DNA from: an uncultured bacterium
Lineage (GTDB): Bacteria > Lernaellota > Lernaellaia > Lernaellales > Lernaellaceae
Length of the DNA stretch: 10,034 nucleotides
Assembly: GCA_964534375.1 (NCBI GenBank)
Contig: CAZHPN010000205.1
Span: 1 to 10,034, forward strand
Direction of reading: 5' to 3'
Positions 7,261 to 10,034 of this stretch are shown piece by piece. A program made the translations under genes and the position numbers. The notes under the pieces were generated by a model. The model was not told the DNA's origin. It worked only from the letters and a program-made list of their open reading frames with translations, and searched no databases. The first letter of the stretch is position 1. The number at the start of each line of letters is the position of its first letter.

Positions 7261-7428
7261 ATGGGCGTGGAGCCGCAACGGCGCATTTCCGTCGCGGATC
7301 GATTCCGAAACGCGCCGGAAATGTTTAACTTGGAAGCAGGTGGAGCATCGTCCCGGGCGTCGGTTTCTGCCGGCGCCTGGGGCGGGCCGCTCGGCCGTCT
7401 TTGGATCATCGCGGAGGGAAAGTCATGA
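7261..7428 (+). pseudogene. 55-aa ORF, probable decayed 5' remnant of homoserine O-acetyltransferase (metX)
   Basis: AGGAG SD at 7250-7254, ATG 7261, and TGA 7426-7428 overlapping the next ATG (ATGA). FNLEAGGASSRASVSAGAWG keeps the spacing of the MetX N-terminal FxLExGxxLxxxxVAYxT[Y/W]G motif, and metX commonly follows metY. Confidence 0.45.
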
Positions 7429-8792
7429 AATATCAGGAGAGCATTTTGGACAGCATCGGCCGAACGCCGCTGGTGAAACTGCAACGCGTCGCCGCGGGGC
7501 TGCCGGTGACGATCCTCGCGAAAGTGGAATGCCTGAACCCCGGCGGCAGCGTCAAAGACCGCGTCGGCCTCGCGATGATCGAGGATGCGGAGCGCAAGGG
7601 CCTGCTCCAGCCGGGCGGGACGATCATCGAAGCAACGGCCGGCAACACCGGCGTGGGCCTCGCGATCGTCGCGGCGATCAAGGGCTATCGCTGCATTTTT
7701 GTGATGCCGGACAAAATGAGCCCGGAGAAAATCGCCCTGCTCAAGGCGTACGGCGCCGAGGTCATCGTCACGCCCACCAGCGTGCCGCCGGATTCCCCGC
7801 AGAGCTACAACGGCGTCGCCGAGCGGCTGGCGCAGGAAATCCCCGGCGCGTTCCGCCCGAACCAGTTCGGAAATCCGAAGAATCCGGAGGCGCATTACCG
7901 TTCGACCGGGCCGGAAATTTGGGAGGACACCGACGGCCAGGTCGACGTCTTCGTCGCCGGAATGGGCACCGGCGGCACCATTTCCGGAACCGGGAAATTC
8001 CTGAAAGAGAAAAACCCCGAAATTGTGATCGTCGGCGCCGACCCGGTCGGCTCGATCCTCTCCGGCGACGCGCCGAAAGGCTACCTGGTCGAGGGCATCG
8101 GCGAGGATTTCATTCCCTCGACGTTCAATCGGCAGGCGGTCGACGAGATGGTGCGGGTGAGCGATCAGGAATCGTTCACGATGGCCCGCCGGTTGGCGCG
8201 CGAAGAGGGCCTGCTCGTCGGCGGCTCCGCCGGCACGGCCGTCGCGGCGGCGATCAAGTTCGCCCGGCGATTGCCCGCGGGGAAAGTGGTGGTCGTGTTG
8301 TTGCCGGACACCGGCCGCAACTATCTCACCAAGTTGTATTCCGATTCCTGGATGGCCGAGCACGGCTTCGTCGACCACGCGCCGATCGCGCAGGCGGTCG
8401 GCGACGTGCTGGCGTACAAGCCGCGGTCCGCGGCAATTATCGCGGTCGAACCCAACGCCATGGCGATCGACGCCGCCCGCCTGATGGAGACCCGAAGCAT
8501 TTCGCAATTGCCGGTGCTCGAGGGCGGCCGGAACGTCGGCTGCGTCAGCGAGGTCACGCTGGTCAAACTGCTGCATGACGGCGTCGATCTCACGCGGCAA
8601 GCCGTGCGCGACGTCATGGCGCGGCCGCTCCCCGAGATCGAAGACCGCGTCGACGTCGGCGAGGCCTATCGCCTGCTGCTCGCGGGCCACGGCGGCGTGG
8701 TGGTGACGCGCAAAGGGGCGGCGATCGGCTTCCTCGCGCGCATCGATCTGGTCAACTACTGGACCCACCGGCAGGAGGCGGCCAATGGCTGA
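7425..8792 (+). CDS. cbs: Cystathionine beta-synthase (PLP fold II) with C-terminal CBS-domain pair
   Basis: IGRTPLVKL, NPGGSVKDR (PLP Lys), EATAGNTGVGLA, VMPDKMSPEK, GMGTGGTISG, VEGIGEDFIP, LPDTGRNYLTK, followed by a ~130-aa CBS pair (ISQLPV...VRDVMARPLP). Start at ATG 7425 with GGAGG at 7413-7417 (track uses TTG 7401). Confidence 0.93.
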   Translation: MKYQESILDSIGRTPLVKLQRVAAGLPVTILAKVECLNPGGSVKDRVGLAMIEDAERKGLLQPGGTIIEATAGNTGVGLAIVAAIKGYRCIFVMPDKMSPEKIALLKAYGAEVIVTPTSVPPDSPQSYNGVAERLAQEIPGAFRPNQFGNPKNPEAHYRSTGPEIWEDTDGQVDVFVAGMGTGGTISGTGKFLKEKNPEIVIVGADPVGSILSGDAPKGYLVEGIGEDFIPSTFNRQAVDEMVRVSDQESFTMARRLAREEGLLVGGSAGTAVAAAIKFARRLPAGKVVVVLLPDTGRNYLTKLYSDSWMAEHGFVDHAPIAQAVGDVLAYKPRSAAIIAVEPNAMAIDAARLMETRSISQLPVLEGGRNVGCVSEVTLVKLLHDGVDLTRQAVRDVMARPLPEIEDRVDVGEAYRLLLAGHGGVVVTRKGAAIGFLARIDLVNYWTHRQEAANG

Positions 8793-9966
8793 GCGGCTGC
8801 GCATCGAGACGCTGGCGATCCACGCCGGGCAGCGGCCCGACGCCGCGACCGGCGCGGTGATGACGCCGGTTTACCTGTCGTCCACCTACGCCCAGGCCGG
8901 CCCCGGCGAGCACCGCGGCTTCGAATACTCGCGGACGCAAAACCCTACGCGGTTCGCGCTCGAAGACAATCTCGCCGCGCTCGAAGGCGGCTCGTTCGGC
9001 CTGGCCTTCGCCTCGGGTTCCGCCGCCGCCGCGACGATCCTGCACCTCTTCCGACAAGGCGATCACGTCGTCGCGGCGGACGATCTCTACGGCGGCACGT
9101 TTCGCCTGTTCGAGCGCGTCTTTCGGGCGAGCGGCCTCGACTTCACCTACGTCGACCCGCAGTCGCCCGAGCGTTTTGCCGCCGCGATCCGGCCCGCGAC
9201 CCGCCTGTGCTGGCTGGAAACGCCGACCAATCCGCTGCTCAAGCTGGCCGACATCGCGCACATCGCCGCCGCGTGCCGCCGCCGAAATGTGATAGTTGCG
9301 GTGGACAACACCTTCATGACCCCCTATTTTCAACGGCCGCTCGCCCTGGGCGCCGACCTGGTCGTGCATTCGACGACGAAATATCTCAATGGGCATTCCG
9401 ATGTGATCGGCGGGGCGGTCGTCGGCCGCGATCCGGCGCTTGGCGAACGGCTCAAATTCCTGCAAAACGCGATCGGCGCCGTGCCCAGTCCGTTCGATTC
9501 GTTTCTGGTGCTGCGCGGCATCAAAACGCTGGCGCTGCGCATGGAGCGGCACCAGGCGAACGCCCTCGCCCTCGCCCACTGGCTGGAAGGCCGCGCGGAG
9601 GTCGCGCAGGTCATCTATCCGGGCCTGCCCTCGCATCCGCAACACGAACTCGCCCGGCGCCAGATGTCGGGCTTCGGCGGCATGATCGGCGTCCGGCTCC
9701 GCGGCGGATTGTCGCAAGCGCGCGCCCTGCTGCGCGCGGTGCGGGTCTTTGCCTGCGCCGAGAGCCTCGGCGGGGTCGAGTCGCTGATCGAGCACCCGGC
9801 GCTGATGACCCACGCCTCCGTGCCAGCCGAGCAGCGCGCGGCCCTCGGCATTACGGACGGGCTCATTCGCCTTTCGGTCGGGGTGGAGCACATCGACGAT
9901 TTGCGGGAAGATCTCGAACAGGCGCTGCAAACGTCAGTGGCCGTTTCGCCCACCGCGGTTGCATAA
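8785..9966 (+). CDS. metB: Cystathionine gamma-lyase / gamma-synthase (Cys/Met metabolism PLP enzyme)
   Basis: TLAIHAGQRPDAATGAVMTPVYLSSTY, EYSRTQNPTR, DDLYGGTFRLF, WLETPTNP, VDNTF, PLP lysine motif HSTTKYLNGHSD, AESLGGVESLIEHPALMTH. AGGAGG SD at 8773-8778 and an 8-nt overlap with cbs. Coupling to CBS favours gamma-lyase function; the symbol reflects the family only. Confidence 0.92.
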   Translation: MAERLRIETLAIHAGQRPDAATGAVMTPVYLSSTYAQAGPGEHRGFEYSRTQNPTRFALEDNLAALEGGSFGLAFASGSAAAATILHLFRQGDHVVAADDLYGGTFRLFERVFRASGLDFTYVDPQSPERFAAAIRPATRLCWLETPTNPLLKLADIAHIAAACRRRNVIVAVDNTFMTPYFQRPLALGADLVVHSTTKYLNGHSDVIGGAVVGRDPALGERLKFLQNAIGAVPSPFDSFLVLRGIKTLALRMERHQANALALAHWLEGRAEVAQVIYPGLPSHPQHELARRQMSGFGGMIGVRLRGGLSQARALLRAVRVFACAESLGGVESLIEHPALMTHASVPAEQRAALGITDGLIRLSVGVEHIDDLREDLEQALQTSVAVSPTAVA

Positions 9967-10034
9967 GCGCTGGCGCGGTCCTATAGGTCTTATAGAGACT
10001 GTCTATAAAGTGAATTTTATCGTCGTGACGGCGA

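Overview
High-GC bacterial DNA with six clear protein-coding genes. (1) A large minus-strand gene absent from the ORF track because it runs off the left edge (ATG 2988, >996 aa, no in-frame stop down to base 1). It encodes a secreted mosaic protein: signal peptide, two 8-Cys repeats, two tandem [DDDxxxx heptad array / 70-aa 6-Cys domain / pure Asp-Asn tract] supermodules, an Ig-like domain, a dockerin-like Ca-binding pair and a cohesin-like domain. (2) A HydE-like radical SAM gene with no other hyd gene in the window. (3) A convergent secreted FGE-sulfatase/C-type-lectin-fold gene whose 3' end looks like a diversity-generating retroelement (DGR) variable region, although no template repeat or reverse transcriptase is in the window. 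(4) A sulfur amino acid operon: metY, a probable decayed metX 5' remnant, cystathionine beta-synthase and cystathionine gamma-lyase/synthase. The operon is preceded by an AT-rich promoter region with an inverted repeat and a Cys/Met-rich leader ORF overlapping a long hairpin, a candidate attenuator. All calls come from manual reading and motif recognition; no searches were run.
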